A DNA stretch of 64,000 bases from Gemmatimonadota bacterium (GCA_003697105.1 RFFQ01000113.1:1-64000); one strand, 5' to 3'; positions 19,817 to 30,885 are shown, numbered from the stretch's first letter. A program made the numbers and translations. The notes: generated by a model not told the origin, from the letters alone.

Positions 19817-21259
19817 TTGAAAGATTTACTCAAACATGCGCTCGATGTGGCGCAAGTCAACGGGGCAACGTATGCGGATATTCGCATTGTGGATCACGAG
19901 ATTCAGACCATCAATGTCAAAAATGGAGCCGTGGGCGCGCTTCGCCACCGTACCGATTATGGGTTTGGGGTGCGGGTCATTGCAAACGGGGCATGGGGCT
20001 TTGCTAGCAGTGATGAAATGACCAAAGCCGAGATTGAGCGTGTGGCGGCGCTTGCTGTCAAAATCGCCAAAGCCAGTGCCCTCGCCGGAGGACGCAATGT
20101 GGTGCTTTCACCACTTGATCCCGTGGAGGATGTCTGGGCGAATCCGTATGACATTGACCCGTTTTCCGTCTCTCTTGAAGATAAAATTGAGTTAATGCTC
20201 AAAGCCGATGCCGAGATGCGAACGGTCAAGGGGGTCACGATCACCGAAAGTTCGATGGTCTGCCGCCGGTATCATCAGTTTTTTGCCAGTACGGAAGGTA
20301 GCTTGATTGAGCAGACCATCACCATCACGGGGGCGGGTATTATCTGTACGGCTATTCAGGATGGTACGGTGCAAGTGCGTTCGTTTCCGTCCTCGTTTCG
20401 CGGGCAGTACCAGACACGGGGTTACGAGCTGGTGCACGAACTGGATTTGGTCGGGCGCGCTGGCAAATGTGCCGAAGAAGCCGTTGCGCTTCTTAGTGCC
20501 AAACCTTGCCCAGAAGGGGTGATGGATATTGTGTTAGAAGGATCGCAATTAGCGTTGCAGATTCATGAATCCTGCGGGCATGCCATCGAACTAGACCGGG
20601 TACTCGGTTATGAAGCTAATTTTGCAGGCACCAGCTTTTTAACGCCTGATAAACAAGGCCGCCTAAAATATGGTTCGGATATCGTCAACTTGGTGGCGGA
20701 TGCAACCGCTCCCAACGGGCTGGGTACGTTTGGCTACGATGATGAAGGTGTGCCGGCACAAAACATACCGGTTGTCAAAGACGGGCTTTTTGTGGATTAC
20801 ATGACCTCGCGTGAGACCGCACCCCTCATCGGGCAACGTTCCAACGGTACGATGCGTGCCAACGGGTGGAATAACATCCCCCTGATCCGTATGACGAACG
20901 TCAGCCTGCTACCGGGAGATTCCAATCTGGAAGAGATGATCGCCGGAATCGATCACGGTGTTTATTTTTCGACGAACCGAAGTTGGAGCATTGATGACAA
21001 ACGCTGGGATTTTCAATTTGGTACCGAGATCGGCTGGGAGATCAAGAATGGTAAGCTGGGAGATATGGTCAAAAATCCGGTTTACGCCGATAATACCGTC
21101 CATTTTTGGAACAGTTGTGATGCCATCGGCAATGCATCCGAATGGACTTTATGGGGCACGCCGAATTGTGGTAAAGGTGAGCCTTCCCAAGTGATCAATA
21201 CCGGGCACGGTGCGGCGCCGGCACGATTTCGGAACATTAACGTGAGACGGGGGGCTTAA
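19817..21259 (+). CDS. tldD: TldD metalloprotease
   Basis: GFGVRV...GAWGFA, IHESCGH (HExxxH), YDDEGV, RMTN, NCGKG. Confidence 0.92.
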   Translation: MKDLLKHALDVAQVNGATYADIRIVDHEIQTINVKNGAVGALRHRTDYGFGVRVIANGAWGFASSDEMTKAEIERVAALAVKIAKASALAGGRNVVLSPLDPVEDVWANPYDIDPFSVSLEDKIELMLKADAEMRTVKGVTITESSMVCRRYHQFFASTEGSLIEQTITITGAGIICTAIQDGTVQVRSFPSSFRGQYQTRGYELVHELDLVGRAGKCAEEAVALLSAKPCPEGVMDIVLEGSQLALQIHESCGHAIELDRVLGYEANFAGTSFLTPDKQGRLKYGSDIVNLVADATAPNGLGTFGYDDEGVPAQNIPVVKDGLFVDYMTSRETAPLIGQRSNGTMRANGWNNIPLIRMTNVSLLPGDSNLEEMIAGIDHGVYFSTNRSWSIDDKRWDFQFGTEIGWEIKNGKLGDMVKNPVYADNTVHFWNSCDAIGNASEWTLWGTPNCGKGEPSQVINTGHGAAPARFRNINVRRGA

Positions 21260-21261
21260 GC

Positions 21262-22593
21262 ATGTACAACCCAGATCAAATTTTGGAGACATTAGAACGG
21301 ATTCTACGTCTTTCCTCTGCCGATGAGACTGAAATTCTTTATCATGAGGGGGAAGGGGCTTTGACCCGTTTCGCGGAAAATCGGATTCATCAAAATGTAT
21401 CTAACCGGGCAAAGCAGGTGACGATTCGCGTGTATCGGGGTAAAAGGGTCGGGGCAGTTACTACCGGCAAACTTGATGAATCATCGATCCAAAAAGCGTT
21501 GCAACAAGCACTGGCTCAAACCACCGTGCAACAAGATGACCCAGATTATGTCCCTTTACCGGCGGCGCAAACGTATGCCCCCAAACCCCCTCAATTTGAC
21601 GATCATACCGCGGTGTGTGAGCCGGAAGAACGGGCACAGGTGGTGATTCAAGCGTTGGAGAGAGCTAAAGCGGAAAATGTGGTGGCTTCCGGGATATTTA
21701 GCACCCAATGGGGAGTGACGGCATTGGTTAATTCCAAGGGGGTACGGGCGTTTCATTCTCGCACGGATGCTGAATTTGCTACCACGATGACTTCCGTACA
21801 AGACACCACCGGCTGGGCACGAGACCACAACAGCTATCTGGCACATCTCGACCCGGTCACCGTTACGGAACGGGCAATTCAAAAAGCGAAAGATGGCATG
21901 AACGGTACAGTGCTCGAACCGGGCACGTACACCGTGATTTTAGAGCCGGAAGCCGTGGCGAATCTAGGCAGTTTTTTAAGCTGGCTCGGCTTAGGGGCAC
22001 AAGCCTTTTTAGAAGGACGCTCGTTTATGAGCGGTAACCTTGGCCAGCCGGTGATGGGGGAAAATATAACGATTGAAGATAACGTCTTCCATGATGCTTT
22101 TGCCAGCCCGCCTTTCGATTATGAAGGGATGCCCAAAAAGCAAGTTACGTTGATCGAAAATGGCGTCGCCAAAGGTGTGGTGTATGACCTGATCACGGCA
22201 AAGCGTGCCAGAACGCAATCTACCGGTCATGCGATGCCCAAACCGAATACATTTGGACCCTTTCCCAGCAACATCGTCATTCATGGCGGGGAACAGACCC
22301 TCGATGAGATGATCGCCTCTACGGAACGGGGTATTTTGGTGACTCATTTCCACTATAACCGCGTTGTCCATCCAATGAAGGTCATCTTGACCGGACTCAC
22401 CCGTGATGGTGCCTTTTTGATTGAAAATGGGAAGGTTACATGTGGCATTAAAAACATGCGCTACAATCAAAGTGTGCTGGAAGCATTTCGGAATGTGGAA
22501 ATGATGTCAGCCTCCGTGCCCTGCGGCACCAGCATCATTTGCCCCGCTATGAAAATCCATAATTTTAACTTCTCAGCCGTTGCCGGGAGTTAG
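21262..22593 (+). CDS. tldE: TldE/PmbA family partner subunit
   Basis: TRFAENRIHQN, PGTYTVILEP, FDYEG, TGLTRDG; no HExxxH; 2 nt after tldD. Confidence 0.85.
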   Translation: MYNPDQILETLERILRLSSADETEILYHEGEGALTRFAENRIHQNVSNRAKQVTIRVYRGKRVGAVTTGKLDESSIQKALQQALAQTTVQQDDPDYVPLPAAQTYAPKPPQFDDHTAVCEPEERAQVVIQALERAKAENVVASGIFSTQWGVTALVNSKGVRAFHSRTDAEFATTMTSVQDTTGWARDHNSYLAHLDPVTVTERAIQKAKDGMNGTVLEPGTYTVILEPEAVANLGSFLSWLGLGAQAFLEGRSFMSGNLGQPVMGENITIEDNVFHDAFASPPFDYEGMPKKQVTLIENGVAKGVVYDLITAKRARTQSTGHAMPKPNTFGPFPSNIVIHGGEQTLDEMIASTERGILVTHFHYNRVVHPMKVILTGLTRDGAFLIENGKVTCGIKNMRYNQSVLEAFRNVEMMSASVPCGTSIICPAMKIHNFNFSAVAGS

Positions 22594-22627
22594 TCAAGTC
22601 CCGGTTTGAGAGTTACCCTTGAAGGTC

Positions 22628-22662
22628 AAAATACCCGGTGCGCGTATGTGCCGGGTATTTTT
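22628..22662 (+). terminator. Intrinsic terminator after tldE
   Basis: AAAATACCCGG...CCGGGTATTTTT inverted repeat. Confidence 0.75.
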
Positions 22663-22750
22663 AGAATCTCTGGCTCGAAAAAATCCATTGCCACGAGTTG
22701 GTGTGATGTGTAAGTTAAGGGCGGTTTTGGACTCCTGACAAAGGTAAGAA

Positions 22751-23266
22751 ATGACCAACCGCAACACACTTCACATTCGGATATACACCATTCACGAGGC
22801 GGGGTTTTGGGCAGGCATACTTGCCCGGTTGACCTCCATTAATTACTATTTCAAAGCGCCCTTACTTAAGGAATTGAACTATCTCAACCGGTTTTCACAG
22901 ATTGGCTTTAAGCCGTTTAACCCTCCCCACTATCTGTTGGAGGTAGGAGTTTATCCCCTTCGTAAAATACCGGTGGCTCAATTGGAACTACAGACGATCT
23001 ACCAATTTACCGATAGGCGTCAGGAATGGGAACCGTTCCGAACCGAAGTGAAAACACTTTTTACGTATGAGGCACTACGCCGGGAGGAGCCCCAACTGGA
23101 AAAGATCAGTGAACCCAAGAAAAATTGGAATCAACTGCAAACGGAACGTTTTGAAACCGAGAACAGCCAATATATTCAAGCGGTACGGCAAGCGGTACGG
23201 GAAAATGTCGCGACATTTGCCAAACAATTTTTAGCCGCTCTTCCATCTTCACCTTTAAATTTATAG
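22751..23266 (+). CDS. Hypothetical protein
   Basis: 171-aa ORF, AAGGT upstream, ends 10 nt before purH; no motif recognised. Confidence 0.6.
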   Translation: MTNRNTLHIRIYTIHEAGFWAGILARLTSINYYFKAPLLKELNYLNRFSQIGFKPFNPPHYLLEVGVYPLRKIPVAQLELQTIYQFTDRRQEWEPFRTEVKTLFTYEALRREEPQLEKISEPKKNWNQLQTERFETENSQYIQAVRQAVRENVATFAKQFLAALPSSPLNL

Positions 23267-23276
23267 GAATTATGCC

Positions 23277-24833
23277 ATGCTTAGACGAGCCCTTATTAGT
23301 GTTTCCGATAAATCCGGAATTATCGATCTGGCTCATTATCTGATAAATAAAGATATTCAAATTATATCGACCGGGGGTACTGCCCGGCTACTTATGGAAC
23401 AGAACATTCCGGTCACACCGGTGGATCATCTGACCGGCTTCCCGGAGTGCCTTGATGGACGGGTGAAGACGCTTCACCCCCAAATTCATGGTGGAATTCT
23501 TGCCCGGCGAGATGATAACCAGCACCAGCAACAAGCACAAGAACTCGGTATCCAGATGATCGACCTTGTGATTGTCAATTTGTACCCTTTTGAGGCAACC
23601 ATCCAAAAGCCACAAGTTGACCTGGCGGAAGCCATTGAAAATATTGATATTGGTGGCGTAGCCTTGATCCGCGCCGCCGCTAAAAATTACAAAGATGTTC
23701 TGATCGTGACAGACCCCCGGGATTACGCCTTGCTAATGGAAGCGGAGGACCCCAATCAATTGGATATGGAATTTCGGTTAAAACTCGCCGCCAAAGCCTT
23801 TCAGGTGACGGCGTATTACGACAGCTTGATTGGTAGCTACCTGAGCCAGCAACTCCAGCCCACCGAAACCCTTCTGCCCGAGTGCATCACGCTTGCTTTT
23901 CGCAAAGTGCAAAATCTACGCTACGGCGAAAATCCACATCAACCCGCCGGCTATTATGCCGAAGTCAACCCGCCGGCGGGCAGTCTTGTCCATGCCAAAC
24001 AATTGCACGGCAAGGGACTCTCATTCAATAACATCAATGATGCACACGGCGCGTTGGAACTGCTCAAAGAATTTACCGAACCCACGGCGGTTGCCGTCAA
24101 ACACACCAATCCATGCGGGGTCGGTACGGGTGAAACCCTGTTTGAAGCTTTTCAGCGAGCGTATGAGGCAGACCCGATTTCTATTTTTGGAGGGATTGTC
24201 GCCTTAAACCGGGACGTGGATGAAGAAACCGCCCAAAAATTAAAGGAAATCTTTTTGGAGATTATCATTGCTCCCCATTTCAGTGATGCCGCGCTAAAGG
24301 TACTCAAAAAGAAGAAAAATTTGCGCTTGCTTGAGTTGCCCGATTTGGCTCATCTTCAAGATTTGCCTCAGGTGAAAACGTATGATTACAAGCGCGTTTC
24401 CGGTGGACTGCTGGTGCAAAGTACAGATGAGGTGTTGCTGAATTCGGATCAACTTCAGGTGGTCACGCACCGCAAACCGACGGAAACTGAAATGGCTGAC
24501 CTTATTTTTGCGTGGAAGGTCGTCAAACATACCAAATCCAATGCGATTGTGGTGGCGAAGAATGGGAAAACATTAGGCTTAGGTGTGGGTCAAACCAGCC
24601 GGATTTGGGCGGTGGAAAATGCCATTGAGCGTAGCCGCGAGTCGACACTAGGAGCTGTTTTAGCCTCCGATGCCTTTTTTCCGTTCGCAGATTCCGTTGA
24701 GGCGGCGCACAAAGCAGGTATCACGGCAGTCATTCAGCCCGGTGGGTCTAAACGCGATCAGGATTCAATTGATTTTTGTAATGAACAGGGCATGGCGATG
24801 CTTTTCACAGGTATTCGCCATTTCAAACATTAA
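23277..24833 (+). CDS. purH: Bifunctional AICAR transformylase/IMP cyclohydrolase
   Basis: RALISVSDKSG, GRVKTLHP, LRYGENPHQ, KHTNPCG, ASDAFFPF, RHFKH. Confidence 0.98.
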   Translation: MLRRALISVSDKSGIIDLAHYLINKDIQIISTGGTARLLMEQNIPVTPVDHLTGFPECLDGRVKTLHPQIHGGILARRDDNQHQQQAQELGIQMIDLVIVNLYPFEATIQKPQVDLAEAIENIDIGGVALIRAAAKNYKDVLIVTDPRDYALLMEAEDPNQLDMEFRLKLAAKAFQVTAYYDSLIGSYLSQQLQPTETLLPECITLAFRKVQNLRYGENPHQPAGYYAEVNPPAGSLVHAKQLHGKGLSFNNINDAHGALELLKEFTEPTAVAVKHTNPCGVGTGETLFEAFQRAYEADPISIFGGIVALNRDVDEETAQKLKEIFLEIIIAPHFSDAALKVLKKKKNLRLLELPDLAHLQDLPQVKTYDYKRVSGGLLVQSTDEVLLNSDQLQVVTHRKPTETEMADLIFAWKVVKHTKSNAIVVAKNGKTLGLGVGQTSRIWAVENAIERSRESTLGAVLASDAFFPFADSVEAAHKAGITAVIQPGGSKRDQDSIDFCNEQGMAMLFTGIRHFKH

Positions 24834-24848
24834 GTAAAAGAGGTTGTT

Positions 24849-26099
24849 ATGAACATTTTAGTGATTGGTGGCGGTGGACGGGAGCATGTGCTCACGTGGA
24901 AAATCGCCCAAAGTCCGAACGTCGAAAAAATCTACTGTATTCCCGGCAACGGGGGTATTGAAGCGTTGGCAGAATGTGTCTCTATGAATCCGGCACGCCA
25001 CGATCAGGTGATAGATTTTATGCAATCACACCAGATCGATTTAGCGGTGATTGGTCCAGAAGCCCCGCTGGCGGAAGGACTGGTTGATGCCCTGCAAGAC
25101 GCCGGTTTACGGGCATTCGGACCCTCCAAACGGGCGACGCTGATCGAAAGTAGTAAAGTGTACGCGAAAAACTTGATGAGAAAATATAATATTCCCACCG
25201 CCGATTTTTGGGTATTTGAAAGTGATGAACAGGCGATTGAATTCCTGAAAACCCATAATCGATACCCCATTGTTATTAAAGCCGATGGGTTGGCGGCAGG
25301 TAAAGGCGTCATCATTGCCCAAGATCAAAAAGAGGCGTTCCAAGCCATTTTAGAGATGATGATTGATGGTAAATTCGGCGACGCCGGAAAGCATATCGTC
25401 ATTGAGGAATTTTTGGCAGGTACGGAAATTTCGGTGCTGACTTTTACAGATGGAAACGTGGTGGTACCGATGGTTTCCGCCAAAGATTACAAAAAAATAG
25501 GGGAGGGAGATACCGGACTCAATACCGGTGGGATGGGAGCGATCTCACCCAACCCGATTTACACCGACGAGCTAAAAACCCTTTGCCAAAATACGATTTT
25601 TGAGCCAACTATTCAGGCACTAAAGCGTGAAGGACACCCTTTTCAGGGTGTGCTCTATTTTGGACTGATCCTAACTGCCAATGGGCCAAAAGTACTGGAA
25701 TACAACGCCCGGTTTGGTGACCCAGAAGCGCAAGTTGTTCTACCCCGATTGGAAACCGATCTGGTGGAGATTATGAATGCGGTGCTGGATGGTACACTGG
25801 CCGACCTATCCATCACATGGAGCGACCAATATGCCTGTACGGTGGTGATGGCGTCCGGGGGCTATCCGGGGAGCTATAGCAAAGGCTTCCCGATTGAGGG
25901 CATTGAGGATGTCACCAGTGGAATTGTCTTTCAGGCGGGTACCGTCCGGCGAGACGGCGTTTTGACTACATGGGGAGGCCGGGTGCTGGCTGTGACCGGT
26001 CTGGGCGATGATCTAGACCATGCCGTTGCGCAAGCCTATGCCGGCGTTGAAAAAATCCGCTTTGAAAATGCCTATTTTCGGAAAGATATTGGAAAATAA
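24849..26099 (+). CDS. purD: Phosphoribosylamine--glycine ligase
   Basis: GGGGREH, KADGLAAGKGV, NTGGMGA, EYNARFGDPE, FRKDIG. Confidence 0.98.
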   Translation: MNILVIGGGGREHVLTWKIAQSPNVEKIYCIPGNGGIEALAECVSMNPARHDQVIDFMQSHQIDLAVIGPEAPLAEGLVDALQDAGLRAFGPSKRATLIESSKVYAKNLMRKYNIPTADFWVFESDEQAIEFLKTHNRYPIVIKADGLAAGKGVIIAQDQKEAFQAILEMMIDGKFGDAGKHIVIEEFLAGTEISVLTFTDGNVVVPMVSAKDYKKIGEGDTGLNTGGMGAISPNPIYTDELKTLCQNTIFEPTIQALKREGHPFQGVLYFGLILTANGPKVLEYNARFGDPEAQVVLPRLETDLVEIMNAVLDGTLADLSITWSDQYACTVVMASGGYPGSYSKGFPIEGIEDVTSGIVFQAGTVRRDGVLTTWGGRVLAVTGLGDDLDHAVAQAYAGVEKIRFENAYFRKDIGK

Positions 26100-26106
26100 G
26101 TACCGA

Positions 26107-28950
26107 ATGTCTCTCCGGCGATACGCGATTCTTCTCATTCTTGGAAGTCTGACCCTTTGGTCTTGTCCGGTGGGGGCGGAGTTTCCGCCTCGACCGGCAC
26201 AACTGGATTGGCAAATCCTCGAAACCGCTCACATCAAATTATACCACCCTGAGGAGCTTGAGAAAATTGCCGCCCTCAAGCTTCACCAGTATGAGGCGCT
26301 GTTGGATTCTATCCGCCTCCATCTCTACCCCTATTACCAACCAGAGCGCCCGCTTCATATCGTCCTTTTGGATTATGACGACCCACAATTTGACCGCCGT
26401 TCGGCGATTATCCTGCGCCCCTCTACTGCCATTTATCACCCCTTTCAAGCCCGGATAGAGCCGGTTCCTTTCGCCGTCCCTTACCAAATTTACCAGCAAC
26501 TCTTGGATCAAAATCTCAACCCGTTATGGCGTTACGCTTATGTTCCTCCGGATTGGGTGGTTTTCGGCTTTTTAGACCGCGAACTTTCCGAATGGGGTGC
26601 CTACCGGGAAATGATCTTACGGGTGGCGATCCGGGAAAATGCGATTCTGTCTTACGACCATATGGCGAATGTTTGGGAAAGTGATAACCTGTTGTACCAA
26701 ATTTTGGCACTGGTGCAAGGACATGCCTTGCTTTCCTATATCGCTGAATTTTGTTGCGCATCCTCCGAAGAGTATGCCCATTTTTTAACCCGATTGGGAC
26801 GTCAGGGGAAATCCGCACGGGACTTTTACAATGAGTGGTGGATTGAACATCAGATTGACTATTTTGAAACCCACCCGCACCCGCCACCGATTACCCCGGG
26901 CGATTGGCAATGTAGCCGGCAAGGGTTTTTGAATGTTTCCCCGCGCTGGTCTCCTACCGGCGAACAGATCGCGTTTGCCTCCAATCAACGCTATAAGCTG
27001 GATAAATTCGACCTCTTTCGGATGCCCTTGGATGGGGGGACACCCGAATGCCTCATTGAGGATATTGACGGCGCATTCTGCTGGGGAGATGACGGTACCT
27101 CCATTATTTACAGTAAATCCACATTGAACGAAAATCTATACCCTACTTTAGATTTATACCGGTTTGATATGGTGACGAACACCCATACCCGTATCACAAC
27201 CGGTAAGCGAGCCAATATGCCGGATGTATACGGGCAGCAGATTGCATTCACGCAGTATGATGCCGGAAATTACAATATCAGTGTGATTAATGTAGATGGT
27301 ACACATTACCGCCAATTGACCCATTTTGAAGCGGGTTTTGCCCAAAATTACCGTCCCCGCTGGTCACCAGATGGGGAATGGATCTATTTTATCTCATATT
27401 GGGGTGGGCGCAAAACCCTTTGGAAAATTCGCCCGGACGGGACGGATGAGCAATTGGTGTTTGAGTGCCAAGGAAGTATCCATGATTTTTACCCGAGTCC
27501 GGTGGATTCTACGATCTATTTTATCTCCGATGCCAACCGCACCTTTGAACTCTACCAACTCGATTTATCCACAGGGCAAGTGTGGCAACTTACCGAAGTG
27601 GACGGCGGTATTTTTGAGATAAACACCGACCCCACGGGTGAATCGTTGTTGCTCACCGCGTATTCTCAGGCGGGATGGCACATTTACCATCAAGACCGGG
27701 CGGCACTAGCCCCCGTGCCGGTTCAACTCTGTTCCGGTTTTAGCGATGAACCCTCACAACTTTGGCGACGTCATATTTCGTTCCCACAACCGTATAAGCC
27801 CAGTTGGCAGATCGACTACCCCCGCCTGACCGACCGCACCCGGCATACCATCCTGTTTGATCGGGATTATCAAAGTTGGACCATCGGTACCGTGTTAAAT
27901 CTACATGATAATCCGATCCGGTTGCTCCGTAAAACCCATATCAAAGGTCAGGTGGAGTATGCGTTTGAGACTGAACAGGTCAATTTTAGCCTTGGATATC
28001 GCCGGACACTACCGGCAGTTGATTTGGAAGGTACTGTTTATCGTGCCAAAAATAGTTTGGGGCGTTTTGGGGTAGATGCCGCCGGCCAACCGGTATCGGA
28101 TTTAGAATCGGTTTCACCCACACAAACGATGGCACACCAGCGAAACGGTGGTTCCTTGGGAATAATGTACCGCCGGCAGAGCAACCAACAGTTGGGTCTG
28201 CGGATTTTTGGCGAAGAAGAGCATTTAAACCCTGAGGATGTTCCGGCAACGCTCGCTCTGACCCCTTATAACCGACTGTGGGGGTTGAAACTAGACTGGC
28301 GCTGGGATACGATTGATTTGAATCAATATGATCGAGACATCAACCCGCGCCGGGGACGACGGGTGACGGCACTGGTGGAAACCTCACAACAGGCATGGGG
28401 CAGTGACCGGGATTACACGGCGCTCCGGTTGGATTGGCGGGAATATATGGCACTGCCGCTTCCGACCCATACCTTGGTGATAAAGATGAGTGGCGGGGTT
28501 TATCTCCAAAAAGAGGCATTTACCCAGCGCTTTTTGGTCGGGGGTTTTACCGGAGTGGGTGACTTGACCGACATTCGCCGTCAGGAAGGGTTACGCGGGT
28601 TTGCCAGTGCCCGCTTTGCCGGAAACCGGTTTGTCGTGGGCACTCTGGAACACCGGATGAGCCTTTACCGCCCGCGCGTTGAACTGTTCTCATTTTTACC
28701 GGTGATGTTTCCGGCGTTTTATGTGGATTCTATTTATGGCTCTCTGTTTGCCGATGGGGGTCAGGCGTGGTATGACAATATCCGCCGTTCGGAGTGGCAA
28801 AAAGGGTGGCGTACGGGTGTGGGTGCCTCTTTGCGGATCAAGATTAAAATTGCGCACCGTTACCCGCTCGTATTGGGGATCGGGTTGGCTCATGGATTTC
28901 AGGCTCAACGCGATTTTCGTCTCACCTATACGGCGAATGGGGCATTTTGA
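26107..28950 (+). CDS. Outer-membrane protein: degenerate peptidase-MA-like N-domain, TolB/PD40 propeller, Omp85 (BamA/TamA)-type barrel
   Basis: Signal peptide; W..LET.H..LY; PRWSPTG and PRWSPDG repeats; INPRRG, GLRGF, FADGGQAW, GVGASLR; terminal Phe. Start moved to 26107. Confidence 0.8.
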   Translation: MSLRRYAILLILGSLTLWSCPVGAEFPPRPAQLDWQILETAHIKLYHPEELEKIAALKLHQYEALLDSIRLHLYPYYQPERPLHIVLLDYDDPQFDRRSAIILRPSTAIYHPFQARIEPVPFAVPYQIYQQLLDQNLNPLWRYAYVPPDWVVFGFLDRELSEWGAYREMILRVAIRENAILSYDHMANVWESDNLLYQILALVQGHALLSYIAEFCCASSEEYAHFLTRLGRQGKSARDFYNEWWIEHQIDYFETHPHPPPITPGDWQCSRQGFLNVSPRWSPTGEQIAFASNQRYKLDKFDLFRMPLDGGTPECLIEDIDGAFCWGDDGTSIIYSKSTLNENLYPTLDLYRFDMVTNTHTRITTGKRANMPDVYGQQIAFTQYDAGNYNISVINVDGTHYRQLTHFEAGFAQNYRPRWSPDGEWIYFISYWGGRKTLWKIRPDGTDEQLVFECQGSIHDFYPSPVDSTIYFISDANRTFELYQLDLSTGQVWQLTEVDGGIFEINTDPTGESLLLTAYSQAGWHIYHQDRAALAPVPVQLCSGFSDEPSQLWRRHISFPQPYKPSWQIDYPRLTDRTRHTILFDRDYQSWTIGTVLNLHDNPIRLLRKTHIKGQVEYAFETEQVNFSLGYRRTLPAVDLEGTVYRAKNSLGRFGVDAAGQPVSDLESVSPTQTMAHQRNGGSLGIMYRRQSNQQLGLRIFGEEEHLNPEDVPATLALTPYNRLWGLKLDWRWDTIDLNQYDRDINPRRGRRVTALVETSQQAWGSDRDYTALRLDWREYMALPLPTHTLVIKMSGGVYLQKEAFTQRFLVGGFTGVGDLTDIRRQEGLRGFASARFAGNRFVVGTLEHRMSLYRPRVELFSFLPVMFPAFYVDSIYGSLFADGGQAWYDNIRRSEWQKGWRTGVGASLRIKIKIAHRYPLVLGIGLAHGFQAQRDFRLTYTANGAF

Positions 28951-28962
28951 AGGCGGCCACCG

Positions 28963-30783
28963 TTACTGGAATTCGCCGGTTGGGTTGTGTTTGGGGAGTT
29001 CAATAAAAAAGGTTGAGCCTTGATTTTTACCGGGGCTTTCTGCCCAAACGTGACCATCCATGAGTTCAATCAATTTTTTCACAATGGATAGTCCCAAGCC
29101 GGTGGAATGCTCGCCGCCAGTGGGTTTTGCGCTGAGACGAGCAAATTTACCAAATAGTTTTTCTTTGTCGCTTTCCGTTAAGCCCAGCCCTTCGTCCTTG
29201 ATGGCGAGGATGATGGATTCTTCCTTTTCCCACAGTCGAATAAAGACATTCCGACCCGGTGGGGTGTATTTCAAGGCATTGGAAATCAAATTATCCAACA
29301 CTTGACCGGTCGCATTAAAATCCGCATAGACTGTTGGTTTTTCCACTGAATATTCTTCATGAAAGCAAATTTGCTTTGCCTCGGCGATCCGCGAGTATCC
29401 TTTGATGGTATATCGGATGGCGGTCCGCAGGTCGAACAATTCCGCTTTGATCTTCATTTCACCGGATTCCAGCGCATTGACATCCAACAGATTTTTGATG
29501 AGGGCAAACATACGATTCGCGCTTTTTTCCACGGCAGAAAGCAAGTCAAATATCTCTTCTGAGGAGAGCATATTTAAGGAGTCCCTGATGAAGGTCACGG
29601 TGCCGCGAATCGCGGAAAGGGGATTTTTAAGATCGTGGGCGGCAATCCCCAGAATCTCGCTTTTTTCGTGGTTAAGTCGTTCCAAATGCGCTAATGCTTC
29701 CGCCAATTCGACATTTTTTAGCCGGTAGATTTCAGCTTCTTTTTGGGCATTTTCAATTTGGTGTCTGACCTGTAGATTGCGAAGTTTTTCATTCGTTTCT
29801 TCATTAAAAACGGCTTCCTTGATGGTGTGGAATTGTTCGTAATGGTCTAAAGCTTTATCGAGTTGGCCCAACTCTTTATAGGCTTCCGATAGGACTTTGT
29901 GCGTCTGAAATGCTAACCGTTTGGATTTAATGTGTTTTGCCAGATTCAAGGCTTCGGTTAGGTGTTGCAGAGCCTCCTTTTTTTGGTGCTGTACCAAATA
30001 AAGTCGCCCTAAACTGATGCGAATCTTGGCTTCCGTATATTTTTCTTCGACGTCTTGGGAAAAGCGTAACCCCTGCTGTAGGTAGGTTTGTGCTTTATCC
30101 ATCTCGCCTAAACGGCGGTGTTCTTCACCAATCAAGTAGAGTGTCTCTGCCTGACCCCGTTTATCGGTCACTGCCTTGTAAATTTCAAGGCTTTTGAACA
30201 GATAGACCAATGCCTCTTTATAGTTTTTCAGATGCTCATACAAAATTCGTCCCACATTATTCAGGGCATCCGCTAAACTCTCTTGGTCGTCTAATTCTTT
30301 GAGGATACCCAACGTGGCATCGAAACAACCGAGCGCCTTTTCATAATCTCCCATGTTTTCATGAACTAGCCCGATACCGCTTAGTGCCATGGCTTGACCT
30401 TGGAGGTCGTCAATTTGCTCAAATAAATTCAGGCTCCGAAAATGGCAATCCAAGGCATTGGAATGATCATCTAATCGCCCGTAAGCGACGCCGATTTCGT
30501 ACAACATCCGCGCCATATTGGGGATGTCATCAATGTCTTCAAATAACCGGAAGGCTTCTTGCTGTTTGACCAGCCCTACCTCATAATTGGAGAGCCAAAA
30601 GTGGCATTTGCTAATCAACTGGAGGCTATGCGCTAATCCTTTTTTATATTTCAATTCAGATGACAACCGGTAGGCAGTTTCACTGAGTTCTAATGCTTGC
30701 CGGGTATCTGTATTGCGAATTGACCAGGCACGTTGAATGAGGGCATCGACCTCCGCCTGCTGTTTTTCTTGATGTTCATGCAT
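28963..30783 (-). CDS. Cytoplasmic TPR sensor histidine kinase
   Basis: TPR array; H-box AAHDLKNPL; NLISNALKY, DEGLG, STGLGL; start MHEHQE at 30783. Confidence 0.92.
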   Translation of the reverse strand: MHEHQEKQQAEVDALIQRAWSIRNTDTRQALELSETAYRLSSELKYKKGLAHSLQLISKCHFWLSNYEVGLVKQQEAFRLFEDIDDIPNMARMLYEIGVAYGRLDDHSNALDCHFRSLNLFEQIDDLQGQAMALSGIGLVHENMGDYEKALGCFDATLGILKELDDQESLADALNNVGRILYEHLKNYKEALVYLFKSLEIYKAVTDKRGQAETLYLIGEEHRRLGEMDKAQTYLQQGLRFSQDVEEKYTEAKIRISLGRLYLVQHQKKEALQHLTEALNLAKHIKSKRLAFQTHKVLSEAYKELGQLDKALDHYEQFHTIKEAVFNEETNEKLRNLQVRHQIENAQKEAEIYRLKNVELAEALAHLERLNHEKSEILGIAAHDLKNPLSAIRGTVTFIRDSLNMLSSEEIFDLLSAVEKSANRMFALIKNLLDVNALESGEMKIKAELFDLRTAIRYTIKGYSRIAEAKQICFHEEYSVEKPTVYADFNATGQVLDNLISNALKYTPPGRNVFIRLWEKEESIILAIKDEGLGLTESDKEKLFGKFARLSAKPTGGEHSTGLGLSIVKKLIELMDGHVWAESPGKNQGSTFFIELPKHNPTGEFQ

Positions 30784-30885
30784 GTTTCCCCGGACTCCCT
30801 TACTCCCCCCAACGGGTACTTCCACTAAAAAAATGATGTGTTTTGCTAAGGTATTACGGCAGTGTTATCGCCATTGGTCTTCACC

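Noticed and set aside
19817-22593. TldD/TldE as part of a RiPP cluster
   Set aside because: No precursor peptide, YcaO or transporter nearby; the pair looks like housekeeping.
22594-23276. Purine or ZTP riboswitch upstream of purH
   Set aside because: I could not recognise aptamer consensus elements; the region holds only a terminator, a possible promoter and an ORF. An Infernal search would settle it.
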